A DNA stretch of 64,000 nucleotides from assembly GCA_963774265.1 (NCBI GenBank), contig CAVZDU010000002.1:672001-736000 (forward strand), in the 5' to 3' direction. This document shows, piece after piece, positions 18,666 to 29,545 of this stretch. A program made the translations under genes and the position numbers. Within the stretch, counting starts at the first letter, position 1; each line of letters begins with the position of its first letter. Below the pieces are notes generated by a model. That model saw only the letters and a program-made list of their open reading frames with translations. It was not told the origin of the DNA and did not search any database. Source of the stretch: an uncultured Chloroflexia bacterium (GTDB taxonomy: Bacteria; Chloroflexota; Anaerolineae; CG2-30-64-16).

Positions 18666-19967
18666 CAGGGTGATTTCATAGTGCGGGTGCGCCGAATAAA
18701 TGCAGGGCGCGTTGCGGATGGGCTGCGTAGCAACGGGTGGCGGCTGCGAGATTGCTCCAGCCGTGAAAGCGCAATGTGGACACGACGGCGTTACGGATGG
18801 CAGCCAGGGCTTGGGCTGCGGCGCCGGAATGCACTTGACAGCGGTCTTCACCGAACGTTTCGTCGCGCACATAATGTAAGCGATTCTCGATGGTCCAGTG
18901 GCCCCGCCAAATCTGCTCCAACTGAGGCGGGCCCGCCAAAGTGGCCGGCAAACTGGTCAACCCATAAGTGACCTCGGTTTCGTATTTGCCGGTGCGCTCG
19001 TGAATGCGCCGGCACGTGCGCCGCAGCACTTGTGCCACGCCAGGCCACGTGAGGTATTCATTCAGGGCCGTGGTCGTGACCAGTGTCCGCCGTTCCCAGC
19101 GCCCATGCGCCTTGTCGGTCGTCCGGTTGGACGCACGCTCACCCGGCTGGCGTGGTAGTGGTGGTTCGTCGAAGACCAACTGGGCGGCCCAGTAGAGCGT
19201 CGGCTGATTCTTCTTGAGGATCATCAGGTAGTGGCCCCCCTGATCCAGGATTTGTTGGGCGAGGTGGCGCTGCGTCAGCAGGGCATCCATCGTGGTGATG
19301 GTGCCGGTCAGATCGCGACCGGCCAACAAGATCGGAACGGCCGTGATCTCATTGGTTTTGACATCCACGGCCGCTTGGCCCAGGACATAGGCGCTCTCAT
19401 GGCGCACGAGACTGACCAGAAAGGTATGCTGCCCGTGGGCGCTGGCCCCGCGCACATCCTTGCCGTCGACCGCCTGGGCGCGCAGCACCTGACCTTGGCG
19501 GAGCCGAATGGCGCCGCAGGAGACATCCGCCTGATCGAGCGCCTGATGGTACGCCGCCACTTGCTGCTCCAGGGTGCGCATGTCGATGTAGGCCACCAAC
19601 CGCCGCCAGGTCGCCGCACTGGGAATGCGGGGACAGGCCGGCTGCAGGGTGGTCAGCAGCTCGCTGCGATGGTCGTGCGCCCAACAAACCATCGCCAGCA
19701 CGCTCGTTTGGCCGGCGGCCACTGCCGCCGCCAGCAACGCCAACAGATACGCCCAGGCAAAGCGGCGGCCGCGGGTACCGCGAAAGTCCGGAACTTGGCT
19801 CAGGTAGGCCAGCAAGGTAGACTGCAGTGGATCCATCGGGACGAACCTCCTTGTGATTGCTGTCACTGAGATTCTAACCGATGGATCCTTGCCTGGCCCA
19901 CGTGTGGATGCCGAATTGCCACAAGCGCTGCTACCTGCCGCCTCGGCCGCAACATGACTTCGCCCTG
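18666..19967 (-). mobile_element. ISAs1 family element, 1302 bp
   Basis: TIRs CAGGGTGATTTCAT / CAGGGCGAAGTCAT; 9-bp target duplication CAGCGCTAG (18657-18665, 19968-19976). Confidence 0.92.
18676..19866 (-). CDS. ISAs1 family transposase
   Basis: AVDGKDVRG, KTNEIT, TMDALLTQ, KKNQPTL, HGRWERR, RGHWTIENRLHYVRDETFGED. Confidence 0.95.
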   Translation of the reverse strand: MTAITRRFVPMDPLQSTLLAYLSQVPDFRGTRGRRFAWAYLLALLAAAVAAGQTSVLAMVCWAHDHRSELLTTLQPACPRIPSAATWRRLVAYIDMRTLEQQVAAYHQALDQADVSCGAIRLRQGQVLRAQAVDGKDVRGASAHGQHTFLVSLVRHESAYVLGQAAVDVKTNEITAVPILLAGRDLTGTITTMDALLTQRHLAQQILDQGGHYLMILKKNQPTLYWAAQLVFDEPPLPRQPGERASNRTTDKAHGRWERRTLVTTTALNEYLTWPGVAQVLRRTCRRIHERTGKYETEVTYGLTSLPATLAGPPQLEQIWRGHWTIENRLHYVRDETFGEDRCQVHSGAAAQALAAIRNAVVSTLRFHGWSNLAAATRCYAAHPQRALHLFGAPAL

Positions 19968-20748
19968 CAGCGCTAGTTGCCAGCCTGTACGGGTGGCCCC
20001 ACCTGTGCTAAACTGGCCCAACCTGCGCGGAGGATAGGAGCAACGCTGGGGAGCGCCTCCGAGCGCCGTCGCAGGCCCGGTGTAGGGGGGGCAGGGCGGG
20101 CGAACCAGATTCGTCCCACTCTGCCTCTTCGCCGTGCCGCCGGCTTCCGCCCCTACATCGGGCCAAAGCGCAAAACCCCGTGCTGCGTAGCCAGCAGTAG
20201 TCACTGTCTGAGCGGGCGCTTGGCCACCTGCTTTTGCCTCGGCAAGCGCTGCCCTAATCGCGCTCAGCACCTTAAGGACTTGCAGTCGGCTTGGACATTT
20301 TCGCTGAGCAATTAGCGGACATTATCGCTGAGCAGTAACAGGTCGCCCACGCCAACTCGTCGATCTTACGCCGCGCGCCTTCACCGCGCTCGTCCGACCG
20401 CTACCTGTCCGAACTCAGGTCCGGACTTCAGATTAGCCTTGATTGACAGGCCATTTCAGCTCTGATATGATAACGATGGTGTCAGCATGTAATCCTCTTT
20501 GAGTTCTGCCCCGAAACCATCGCAGGACTCGATCATTCGGATCACTTGATACGCGGAGCGCGGTTCTGGTGCCGAATTCAGATTGTACTATTAGCCTAGG
20601 AGCAACGGACATCTGCGCAGGAGTCAGGCCAGATCGTCCGTCTCGATGAAGAACTGCACGTTCCCGATTGTGGTGTCGCAATCATCAGTTCCAAGGCCAT
20701 CTAGCGTGTCTTGCTGTGGTTCTCAAAACTGTGATCAGGAGGTGTTGC

Positions 20749-22932
20749 ATGAAGAAAGTTCTCAGTCTGCTTTTCGTCGTGGTTATGATTGTCCTGGCTG
20801 GATGCGTCCCAACAAGCAACCAGCCCTCAGCCCCGATCGCCGCACCGGCCCAACCCACCGCTGCACCCGTTGTCGCACCGGCCGAACCCACCGCTGCACC
20901 CGCTGCCGCACCGGCAGAACCCACCGCTGCACCAACGGCCGTTTCGGCTGTTGAAGCGGCGGCTGACTGCAGCATGATGCCTGCTCCGACGCTTGCCGAG
21001 GGCATGCTCAAGCCGATGACCAAGACATTGCCCCTCACGATCGCATATGTTCCTAACGTGATGAATACACACTACGAGATGGTGTTGAGCGGCATCAAGG
21101 AACAGATAGAGCGTTACGGTGGCGAGAAGTTTGCCAAATTACTGCTGCAAGTTCCGACGAGCAACACAACCTCGATCCAGGAACAGTCCAACATCCTTGA
21201 GAACCTGGTCGAGCAGAAGGTTGATGCTATCTTCCTGGCGACCGAGAGCGAAGAGGCCGAGATGCCTTACATGAAGAAGGCCACGGAAGCCGGCATCCCA
21301 GTCTTTCTGTTCAATATGGCAGAACTGCGTCCCGATGATCCTTACTACGTCACGATGGTGGGTTATGATCAGAAGCACGCTGGTTATCTGATCGGTGAAT
21401 GGGCCGTGAAGCACTTTGGCGATAAGCCGACCAAGACTGCGATCCTGGAAGGTTTCCCGGGTGTGGTGAACTCGATGCGGTTGGATGGCTTCAAGTGTGC
21501 CATTGCTGGCCATGACAACTTCAATATCGCCGCTTCCCAGGTTGCCGACTGGACCCGCGCCAAGGGCCAGGAAGTCACCGAGAACCTCTTGACGGCGCAT
21601 CCGGACATCAACTTTCTGTTCGGCCTGTATGATGAGATGGCTCTCGGCGCCATCACTGCCATCAAGGAACGCGGCTTGATACAACAGATCGCCGTGGCCG
21701 GCTACGACAACACCAAAGATGCCAACGCCTCGATCAAGGCCGGTGAGATGATGGTAACCGTCGACACTGCCGCCAAGGAGATGGGGGTCAACCTGGTCAA
21801 GGCTCTTAACACCTTCATGGTGGACGGCAAATCGATCGACCGGATCACCAACTCTGAACTGGTTGTGTACGATCAAGCCAACATCGGCACCTTCAACGAG
21901 GAAAACTACATCTACGTTCCTCGCCAACCGGAAGCATCGGCTGTTGAAGCGTCGGCTGACTGTAGCATGATGCCTGCTCCGACGCTTGCCGAGGGCATGC
22001 TCAAGCCGATGACCAAGACATTGCCCCTCACGATCGCATATGTTCCTAACGTGATGAATACACACTACGAGATGGTGTTGAGCGGCATCAAGGAACAGAT
22101 AGAGCGTTACGGTGGCGAGAAGTTTGCCAAATTACTGCTGCAAGTTCCGACGAGCAACACAACCTCGATCCAGGAACAGTCCAACATCCTTGAGAACCTG
22201 GTCGAGCAGAAGGTCGATGCTATCTTCCTGGCGACCGAGAGCGAAGAGGCCGAGATGCCTTACATGAAGAAGGCCACGGAAGCCGGCATCCCGGTCTTTC
22301 TGTTCAATATGGCAGAACTGCGTCCCGATGATCCTTACTACGTCACGATGGTGGGTTATGATCAGAAGCACGCTGGTTATCTGATCGGTGAATGGGCCGT
22401 GAAGCACTTTGGCGATAAGCCGACCAAGACTGCGATCCTGGAAGGTTTCCCGGGTGTGGTGAACTCGATGCGGTTGGATGGCTTCAAGTGTGCCATTGCT
22501 GGCCATGACAACTTCAATATCGCCGCTTCCCAGGTTGCCGACTGGACCCGCGCCAAGGGCCAGGAAGTCACCGAGAACCTCTTGACGGCGCATCCGGACA
22601 TCAACTTTCTGTTCGGCCTGTATGATGAGATGGCTCTCGGCGCCATCACTGCCATCAAGGAACGCGGCTTGATGCAACAGATCGCCGTGGCCGGCTACGA
22701 CAACACCAAAGATGCCAACGCCTCGATCAAGGCCGGTGAGATGATGGTAACCGTCGACACTGCCGCCAAGGAGATGGGGGTCAACCTGGTCAAGGCTCTT
22801 AACACCTTCATGGTGGACGGCAAATCGATCGACCGGATCACCAACTCTGAACTGGTTGTGTACGATCAAGCCAACATCGGCACTTTCAATGAGGAAAACT
22901 ACATCTACGTTCCTCGCCAACCGGAGCAGTAA
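20749..22932 (+). CDS. Sugar ABC transporter substrate-binding lipoprotein with two tandem RbsB-like domains
   Basis: LAGC lipobox, (AEPTAAP)n linker, ADWTRAKG...DEMALGA...AGYD periplasmic binding fold present twice. Confidence 0.92.
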   Translation: MKKVLSLLFVVVMIVLAGCVPTSNQPSAPIAAPAQPTAAPVVAPAEPTAAPAAAPAEPTAAPTAVSAVEAAADCSMMPAPTLAEGMLKPMTKTLPLTIAYVPNVMNTHYEMVLSGIKEQIERYGGEKFAKLLLQVPTSNTTSIQEQSNILENLVEQKVDAIFLATESEEAEMPYMKKATEAGIPVFLFNMAELRPDDPYYVTMVGYDQKHAGYLIGEWAVKHFGDKPTKTAILEGFPGVVNSMRLDGFKCAIAGHDNFNIAASQVADWTRAKGQEVTENLLTAHPDINFLFGLYDEMALGAITAIKERGLIQQIAVAGYDNTKDANASIKAGEMMVTVDTAAKEMGVNLVKALNTFMVDGKSIDRITNSELVVYDQANIGTFNEENYIYVPRQPEASAVEASADCSMMPAPTLAEGMLKPMTKTLPLTIAYVPNVMNTHYEMVLSGIKEQIERYGGEKFAKLLLQVPTSNTTSIQEQSNILENLVEQKVDAIFLATESEEAEMPYMKKATEAGIPVFLFNMAELRPDDPYYVTMVGYDQKHAGYLIGEWAVKHFGDKPTKTAILEGFPGVVNSMRLDGFKCAIAGHDNFNIAASQVADWTRAKGQEVTENLLTAHPDINFLFGLYDEMALGAITAIKERGLMQQIAVAGYDNTKDANASIKAGEMMVTVDTAAKEMGVNLVKALNTFMVDGKSIDRITNSELVVYDQANIGTFNEENYIYVPRQPEQ
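20944..22925 (+). repeat. Intragenic tandem duplication, period 993 bp
   Basis: ATGATGCCTGCTCCG at 20974 and 21967; only about seven differences seen by eye. Confidence 0.95.
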
Positions 22933-22953
22933 CTACAATCCAGATGCCTGCGG

Positions 22954-22981
22954 TGACAGGGTAGGGAAACCTACCCTGTCA
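22954..22981 (+). terminator. Stem-loop after binding-protein gene (attenuator or mRNA stabiliser)
   Basis: TGACAGGGTAGG-GAAA-CCTACCCTGTCA perfect hairpin. Confidence 0.7.
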
Positions 22982-23021
22982 TTGTTGCACCTCCGTTTCC
23001 TGCCAACAAAGGTACAAAGCC

Positions 23022-24533
23022 TTGGAACAGACACCCCTATTGGAGCTTCGGAATATCCGCAAATCCTTTAACCAGGTCGTGGTGCTAGACGACGTCAGCC
23101 TGAGACTGAACCCCGGCGAAGTCCTGGGGGTGATCGGTGAAAATGGAGCTGGCAAATCGACCATGATCAAGATCATCTGCGGCGTGCACGAATTTGACCG
23201 GGGCGAAATGCTCCTGAACGGTCAAAAGGCGGACATTCGCAACCCTGAGCAGTCGCGCAAGGTTGGAATCAGCACCATCTACCAGGAATTGAGCCTATTC
23301 CCCAGCCTGACGGTCGCCCAGAACGTCTTCATTGGCCGTGAGTTTGATCAGATCGCCGCCTCAGGGATGGTTGCTCCACTAGACAATCAGAAGATGGTGC
23401 GCGAAGCGCGCTCGATTCTGCGTGATACCCTCGGGCTAGACATCGACGTCAACACTCGGCTTGAGAAGCTGACGATGGCAGAAAAGCAACTGGTCGAGAT
23501 TGCCCGGGCGATTTACTATGAATCACAGATAATCATCATGGACGAGCCGACCACCGCTCTTGAAGCCAAGGAGAAGGAGCGTCTGTTCAGCGTCATCCGC
23601 GATCTTAAGAAGATGGGCACGGCAGTCATTTTCGTATCGCATTATCTATCGGAAGTGATGGACATCTGTGATCATGTCTTCGTTTTACGCGACGGGAAGG
23701 TCGTCCTCGACAGTCCGAAGGAGGATACTTCAGTCGATAAGATGATCCAGGCCATGATCGGCAAGACCCTGGAGCGGCAATATCCCAAAGAACAACTGGA
23801 AACGGGCGAAAAAATCTTCGAAGTGAAAGCCCTGACGAAGAAGAAGGTCTTCCAGAATATCTCCTTCGATCTGCACGAGCGCGAGATTCTGGGAATCGTA
23901 GGTCTGGCTGGCTGTGGCAAGAATGAGCTTATCAGAGCGCTTTACGGCATCGAAAGCTCCGACCAGGGTGACATATACGTCAAGAAGAAGAAGGCGATCA
24001 TTCGGGATGTCAAGGATGCGATCGCGCTCAAGATTGCCTTTCTCGCTGCTGACCGCAAGACTGAAGGCATATTCGACATTAAGAGTGTCGCCTGGAACAT
24101 AACGATCGCTTCCCTGGATTTGATTTCTCAAAGCACCTGGCTGTCCAACCAGAAGGAGAACCAGTTGGTAGATGCCTACGTGGACAAGCTGAAGATCAAG
24201 GCGAATTCGTCCGCTCAGACTATATCAAGCTTGAGTGGCGGTAATCAGCAGAAGGTGCTGCTGGCGCGCTGGCTTCTGACGGATCCGGAGATCCTACTGC
24301 TTGAAGATCCCACACGTGGAATTGATGTCAACGTCAAGACTGAGGTCTATAAACTGATCACTGAGTTCGTCAAAGATGGGCGCGGGGTGATCATGGTTTC
24401 CTCCGATGAAGAAGAAGTGGTGGGGATCTGCGATCGGGTGATCATCATGCGCGACGGCGAGATTTCTACCATTGCAAACGCAGCCGAGACAAGTGTCGAA
24501 CAAATAAAGAAGTATTCGCAAAAAGACGGGTGA
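23022..24533 (+). CDS. Sugar ABC transporter ATP-binding protein (RbsA/MglA type)
   Basis: GENGAGKST, MDEPT, LSGGNQQKV; two ABC domains. Confidence 0.95.
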   Translation: MEQTPLLELRNIRKSFNQVVVLDDVSLRLNPGEVLGVIGENGAGKSTMIKIICGVHEFDRGEMLLNGQKADIRNPEQSRKVGISTIYQELSLFPSLTVAQNVFIGREFDQIAASGMVAPLDNQKMVREARSILRDTLGLDIDVNTRLEKLTMAEKQLVEIARAIYYESQIIIMDEPTTALEAKEKERLFSVIRDLKKMGTAVIFVSHYLSEVMDICDHVFVLRDGKVVLDSPKEDTSVDKMIQAMIGKTLERQYPKEQLETGEKIFEVKALTKKKVFQNISFDLHEREILGIVGLAGCGKNELIRALYGIESSDQGDIYVKKKKAIIRDVKDAIALKIAFLAADRKTEGIFDIKSVAWNITIASLDLISQSTWLSNQKENQLVDAYVDKLKIKANSSAQTISSLSGGNQQKVLLARWLLTDPEILLLEDPTRGIDVNVKTEVYKLITEFVKDGRGVIMVSSDEEEVVGICDRVIIMRDGEISTIANAAETSVEQIKKYSQKDG

Positions 24534-24534
24534 A

Positions 24535-25521
24535 GTGGCCACGATGCCGAAAAATGCCCTGTACCAATCCAACAGAAAGAACATATTCAAGTCCATCCTT
24601 TCCATTCCCGGGATCGGAGTAATTCTGGCCTTTGTGGTGCTGGCAACGTACCTTACCTTGTCAAGCCCCAACTTCCTAACGACCTCAAATATCATGATTG
24701 TCGTAAGGCAGGCGGTCTTTGTGGCGCTGATGGGTATCGGCATGACTTTCATTATCGCAGAAGGCGGCATTGACCTCTCAGTAGGCGCCACGTTAGGAAT
24801 CACAGGAATCATGGTGGCAGCCCTAATCATGGGCGGCATGAACATCTACCTGGCGATCATCCTTACCCTGCTCTTCGGGATTGTGATTGGACTGATCAAT
24901 GGCCTGTTCATCACCCAACTGCACATGCCCGACTTTATCGCCACTCTCGGCACCCTGAGCATTATGCGCGGATTGATCCTGCTGTATACGAACGGCGTGC
25001 CGATCTATGGACTGCGGTTTCCCGAATTTCAGTGGTTTGCCCAGGGATTCGTCGGCCCTATCCCCGTTCCCATTCTGATTCTGGCCCTTCTTTTCCTGAT
25101 CTCTTTGTATCTCATGCAAAAGACGAAACTTGGTCGTTATACCTTAGCGATCGGTACCAACAAAGAAGCCGCTCGTCTGGTGGGCATTAACATCAATCGG
25201 ATCAAACTGGTGATATTCGCCATCACCGGCTTTCTGAGTGCCATGGCTGGCATACTCCTAACTTCACGCACCGAGGCAGCCGTCCCCACAGCGGGCCAAG
25301 GTTACGAATTAGATGTCATTGCAGCGGTAGTGATCGGCGGCACGAGCATGACTGGCGGAAGGGCCAACCTAACCGGCACCATCATTGGCGCCATACTGAT
25401 GACCACGATACGCAATGGCCTGAACCTGCTGGGAATCAATGCGCTGATGCACCAGGTTGTAATCGGCATCTTCATTCTGATCGCCGTAGGTATTGATAGC
25501 CGCATTTCACAGAATAGATAG
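24535..25521 (+). CDS. Sugar ABC transporter permease (RbsC type)
   Basis: GGIDLSVG, FIATLG, GYELDVIAAVVIGGTS. Confidence 0.95.
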   Translation: MATMPKNALYQSNRKNIFKSILSIPGIGVILAFVVLATYLTLSSPNFLTTSNIMIVVRQAVFVALMGIGMTFIIAEGGIDLSVGATLGITGIMVAALIMGGMNIYLAIILTLLFGIVIGLINGLFITQLHMPDFIATLGTLSIMRGLILLYTNGVPIYGLRFPEFQWFAQGFVGPIPVPILILALLFLISLYLMQKTKLGRYTLAIGTNKEAARLVGININRIKLVIFAITGFLSAMAGILLTSRTEAAVPTAGQGYELDVIAAVVIGGTSMTGGRANLTGTIIGAILMTTIRNGLNLLGINALMHQVVIGIFILIAVGIDSRISQNR

Positions 25522-25558
25522 CGGTCCGCACTAGTGTGATAAAGATAGGGAATCGCAA

Positions 25559-26479
25559 ATGAACGATCTGGAGATCATTGACGCACACGCACACATCTTC
25601 AAGCGCATCTATGGGTTCGGACGAAGAGGAGAATCAACGCCGATTGGGAACGGCGTTGTAAGCTGGGCCAACGGCGAGACCACCAAGCTGCTGCCCGACA
25701 TGTATGGCGACGATTCCTTTCCTTATGAGCGGCTTCTGACGGCGATGGACGAAGCCGGTGTCTCGAAGGCAGTTCTCCTACAGGGTTCTTACTACGGCTT
25801 CGCCAACGAATATGTCTACGAAGCTCAAAGCAAGTATCCCGAGCGATTTGTTGGTATGGGCACCTTTGACCCGTATTTTCTCGAAGCTGACAGCATAATG
25901 GTGCGTCTGATCGAGGAATTCCACTTCCGCGGCTTCAAATTCGAAATGAGTTCCTCTAATGGCCTGATGGGCTATCACCCAGATTTCCGTATTGATGGCG
26001 ACCTCATGCAGCCGGTTTTCCGTTACTGTACGGAGCATGGATTGACCATTTGCCTCGATCTGGGCACCTTCGAAGAGCCAAGCTTTCAGGTGAAGGGTGT
26101 TGGGCTCATGGCGAAGGAATACCCTGATATCCAGTTCGTCGTCGAGCATCTTTTCTTTCCGCGCCAGGATCATTTCAAAGAAGTTCGCGAGAATCTCGCT
26201 CTGCTGAGCGAGACTACAAACGTAAATTTTTCGCTCGCGACCGTGCCGTTCAGTACCTGGCCCGAGGTTTACCCCTTTCCTTCGGCGTGCCGATACCTGG
26301 CTTTGGCCAAAGAGGTGGTAGGAACGGAGCGCCTGCTGTGGGGTACCGACATTCCCTCGGTGGTGGTGCATTCGCCCTACCGTGACTTGGCGCAGTACAT
26401 TATCGAGAGCGGCGTTTTAACTCGCACCGAACTGGATCAGGTCTTTTCCTCTAACGCTCGCCGAGTTTTCCGGATATAA
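25559..26479 (+). CDS. Amidohydrolase_2 family protein
   Basis: IIDAHAH, VVEHL, LLWGTDIP, NARRVF. Confidence 0.9.
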   Translation: MNDLEIIDAHAHIFKRIYGFGRRGESTPIGNGVVSWANGETTKLLPDMYGDDSFPYERLLTAMDEAGVSKAVLLQGSYYGFANEYVYEAQSKYPERFVGMGTFDPYFLEADSIMVRLIEEFHFRGFKFEMSSSNGLMGYHPDFRIDGDLMQPVFRYCTEHGLTICLDLGTFEEPSFQVKGVGLMAKEYPDIQFVVEHLFFPRQDHFKEVRENLALLSETTNVNFSLATVPFSTWPEVYPFPSACRYLALAKEVVGTERLLWGTDIPSVVVHSPYRDLAQYIIESGVLTRTELDQVFSSNARRVFRI

Positions 26480-26542
26480 GAACCCGGTTTTTGGCGTAGC
26501 GGAGAGACTTGAAGTCCATCTCCGCCCTTTCCGGTCAGCTGG

Positions 26543-26857
26543 CTATCCGTATGAACAGCAATAATCCACAGTCCCCTTGAGTTTCAGCTTGAAGGAGGAG
26601 TTGACGGGCACTTCAAAGGATTGCCCGGCCTTGAAGGTCTGCCAATCTCCTTGATCTGGCAGGAGCACATCCATTTCACCGTTGAGCATTTCCATCAGCT
26701 CGCGGGAGCCGGTGTTGAATTCGTATTCGCCGGGCATCATAAAGCCGAGTGTCTTGCGCGTGCCGTCGGCGAACAGGACGGTCCGACTGGTGACCTTCCC
26801 ATCGAAATAGACGTTGGCTTTCTTGATGATCGTGACATTCTCGAACCGATCCGACAT
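26543..26857 (-). CDS. ppnP: Pyrimidine/purine nucleoside phosphorylase (DUF1255/YaiE)
   Basis: [15 protein letters not shown]...KTLG...PGEYEFNT...DYCCSY. Confidence 0.92.
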   Translation of the reverse strand: MSDRFENVTIIKKANVYFDGKVTSRTVLFADGTRKTLGFMMPGEYEFNTGSRELMEMLNGEMDVLLPDQGDWQTFKAGQSFEVPVNSSFKLKLKGTVDYCCSYG

Positions 26858-26869
26858 GGATTCCTCCGT

Positions 26870-28088
26870 TCAAATAGTGGGGGTTGTGCTTGACGTCGCG
26901 ATGACCCCGTCATCTGCGCGGTCATCCAGCGCGGCCAGGAACGCGCCCACGAAGGCGTATGCACGTCCCAGCACTTCGGGGTCCATCTTGTCAAAGGTGT
27001 CTTCCACCTGGTGCCAGTAGGGCAGGTCACCGGCCCGCGTCTGGCCGCCGATCGTCAGGGCCGGGATGCCGAGGCGCAGCGCATCGGCCATTTCAGTGTT
27101 GCCGCCGCTGATCTGGGCGGGATAGGCGTCCAACTCGGGGTGTTGGGCGGCGATGGTCTCAGCCAGGCGCACCAGGCCCGGGTCGGCGTGAAACGGGACG
27201 ACGATCCCCTCTTTGGTGATCCACGACGGGCCGGCGCACCCCAACATCTCGAACGCCACCACTGCCGGCCGCAGCAACTCGGCGCGGTGGCGACGGAAGA
27301 AGTCGATGGCCCCGTAATGCTGCACCTCCTCGCAGCCCGTACACGCCGAGCCAGACCCGCGTGTGCTGCAATGGCCGGCTGATCAACGCCTCAGCCAGTG
27401 TGAGCACCAGGCCGACCGCGGACGCGTTATCGTTGGCGCCTGCGGTAAAGGGTGTTCGCTCCGCCTGGATGCACAGCGCCATCAGCAGCACCGCGCAAAG
27501 GGCGCAGGGCACGGTCGCGGGCCAAATCCACCGCCACCCGGTGAAAGCGCCCAGCACGTAGAGCAGCACCTGCGCGGCGAAAACCACGAACGCGACCGTA
27601 GTGAATGCCTTGTAGGCGCCGACCCAGCGCGGGGTGGAGAAGACCAGGGGGGTGCGCTGCGTGTCGATGTGGCCGATCAGCACCAGATCCTGGCGGTGTT
27701 CGGCTGCCGGCGGAACGACTGCCACCACGTTCTGGCTGGGGCCTTTCGCCACGATGCGGCGGAGCGGGTTGTCGATGAAACTCAGTTCCAGGAGGTCGGA
27801 GGCCAGGGCGGCAAATGAGATGACCGCGGCCACCGCAGCGCTGGCCGGGCCGGCCAGCGGGTACAGGGCAAATGCCAGCAACATGCCGCTGGCAGCCAGC
27901 AGGTGCGGCTGGAAGATCGAGCGCGCGCTGGTGAAGCCCTCCACCTGGGGCGCCAGGCCGAGCCGGCGGAAGGTCTCCGCACAGTACGCCGCGCCGCGCC
28001 GTTCCCCCTCGGTGGTGGGACCGCGCGGGCCGATATCCACCGCCAGCGCCCGAATGTGGGCGAGCCATCTCTGTACGTAGATATTCAT
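26870..28088 (-). CDS. M28 family peptidase with membrane segments (frameshift ~27345)
   Basis: IGHIDT, GANDNASAV, GCEE in shifted frame, PYWHQVEDT. Confidence 0.85.
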
Positions 28089-29074
28089 GCCGGCTTCTCC
28101 TTCCCGCCCAGCGCCTTCCGGAAGAAGCCGACCAGCCGCTGCTCGAACTCCTCGGGATAGACCGCCGGCGTCTGCAGGTGCTCGCCGTTCTCCGGGAACC
28201 AGCCTGTCACGTCGGCGCCGGCCTCTTTTGCCGCAGCAGCCAACTGCTCGCCCTGGCTGACGTCGACTCGGGTGTCGGCGCGGGTGTGCACGATGTACAC
28301 GGGGCGGCCTGCTGCCTTGCGAATCGAGTCCAGCGGGTTGTGGCCGAAGAGGTTGGCGCCTGTCACCACGCTGCCCACGATGAGCGCCCCAGGCGCCAGG
28401 AAGGTCGGATAGCCGTTGCGCGCCAGCTCGGCAGCAATCACCTGTTGCAGATTGCCGGCGGTGGACTGCAGGAACAACGCGGCCACGCGCGGCTCTTCGC
28501 TGAAGGCATAGCTACCGCTCATCCCGCCCAGCGAATTGGCGAGGATGCCGATTCGCTTGGGATCGAAACCCTTCTCGTTAACCAGCCAGTCCCAGGCGCC
28601 GAGCACGTCCCGGTACTCCACGTTGCCGATGGTCGAGCGGCCATCCTCGAAGGTAGAGTCGCCGATGTCCCGCAGGTCGATCAGCAGCACGTTGAAACCG
28701 TTGCGCCACAGCATTCCGGCCGGCACGAGGACGTCGATGGCACCCTTGCAGCCGCCGAGCCCGTGCACCAGGATCACTGCAGGCGCGGCCGGGTCCTTCG
28801 GGATCCACCAGCCGGCGATCTCGATGCCGGGGTCACGACTGGGGAACTTCACCGTTTCGTAGGGCGACATGTAGTACTGCGAGACATCGAAGCCTGTCGG
28901 CCATTTGGGGTGCAGCGCGAAGTTGTCGGGGTGGTTGGCCAGGTATTCGTCGCAGGAGCCCTTGACGTTCCCCAGCTTGTCGTAGATGACGTACCCCATG
29001 CCGAAGTACCCAACGATCAGCAGGACGACGAGCGCGATTCCGATGCCGATCAGGACCTTGTGCCAGGTTTTCAT
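28085..29074 (-). CDS. Alpha/beta hydrolase with N-terminal TM anchor
   Basis: [14 protein letters not shown] nucleophile elbow, DTRV, GEH. Confidence 0.88.
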   Translation of the reverse strand: MKTWHKVLIGIGIALVVLLIVGYFGMGYVIYDKLGNVKGSCDEYLANHPDNFALHPKWPTGFDVSQYYMSPYETVKFPSRDPGIEIAGWWIPKDPAAPAVILVHGLGGCKGAIDVLVPAGMLWRNGFNVLLIDLRDIGDSTFEDGRSTIGNVEYRDVLGAWDWLVNEKGFDPKRIGILANSLGGMSGSYAFSEEPRVAALFLQSTAGNLQQVIAAELARNGYPTFLAPGALIVGSVVTGANLFGHNPLDSIRKAAGRPVYIVHTRADTRVDVSQGEQLAAAAKEAGADVTGWFPENGEHLQTPAVYPEEFEQRLVGFFRKALGGKEKPA

Positions 29075-29311
29075 CTTGCACCTCCGAGAGATCGTCACAA
29101 CATCCCGAGTAATTCAGCCTGTCGCAGTCCGGCTCATCGTTTCCCCACGGGTATTGGCGCCCGTCGGTCCCGCGCGCCGCCTTTTCCCACTCTGCATGGA
29201 TTCGCCGCGAAACGGCGGTTCACGCACCTCGCCCCGGCCCCGCCGAAGCGAGGCCGGGAAGGTCGTGACAGCGGGATGCGTTGGTCTACTGTACTTTCGG
29301 CCCGGTTGAGT

Positions 29312-29545
29312 TCACCTGGCCGGCCAGGCCTCCAAGAAGGCCACCAGCAGCCGGGCGCTGTTGTTGGCCGCAAGCCGGAAGAACACGCCGATTTCGTTCT
29401 CGCCGGGTCCACCGCCGGCCAGATCCGACAGCGAGCGGAAGATGAGGAACGGCACCGCGTTCACTGTGGCCACGTGCGCCACGGCAGCGCTCTCCATGTC
29501 CAGCGCGTCGGTATGCCACGTGCTCCAGGCATAATCCCGTGCGCA
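29312..29545 (-). pseudogene. C-terminal remnant of MTA/SAH nucleosidase-like gene
   Basis: DALDMESAAVAHVA...PFLIFRSLSDLAGG; N-terminal part absent at a GC discontinuity. Confidence 0.75.

Larger units (their letters stand above)
17334..20340 (+). mobile_element. ISNCY/IS1202-family element containing a nested ISAs1
   Basis: TIRs TGTCACTGCTCAGCGATAATGTCC / TGTTACTGCTCAGCGATAATGTCC with second internal repeats; 16-bp target duplication GGTCGCCCACGCCAAC at 17318-17333 and 20341-20356. Confidence 0.92.

Noticed and set aside
20840-20940. 27-bp tandem repeats
   Set aside because: Ordinary AEPTAAP lipoprotein linker
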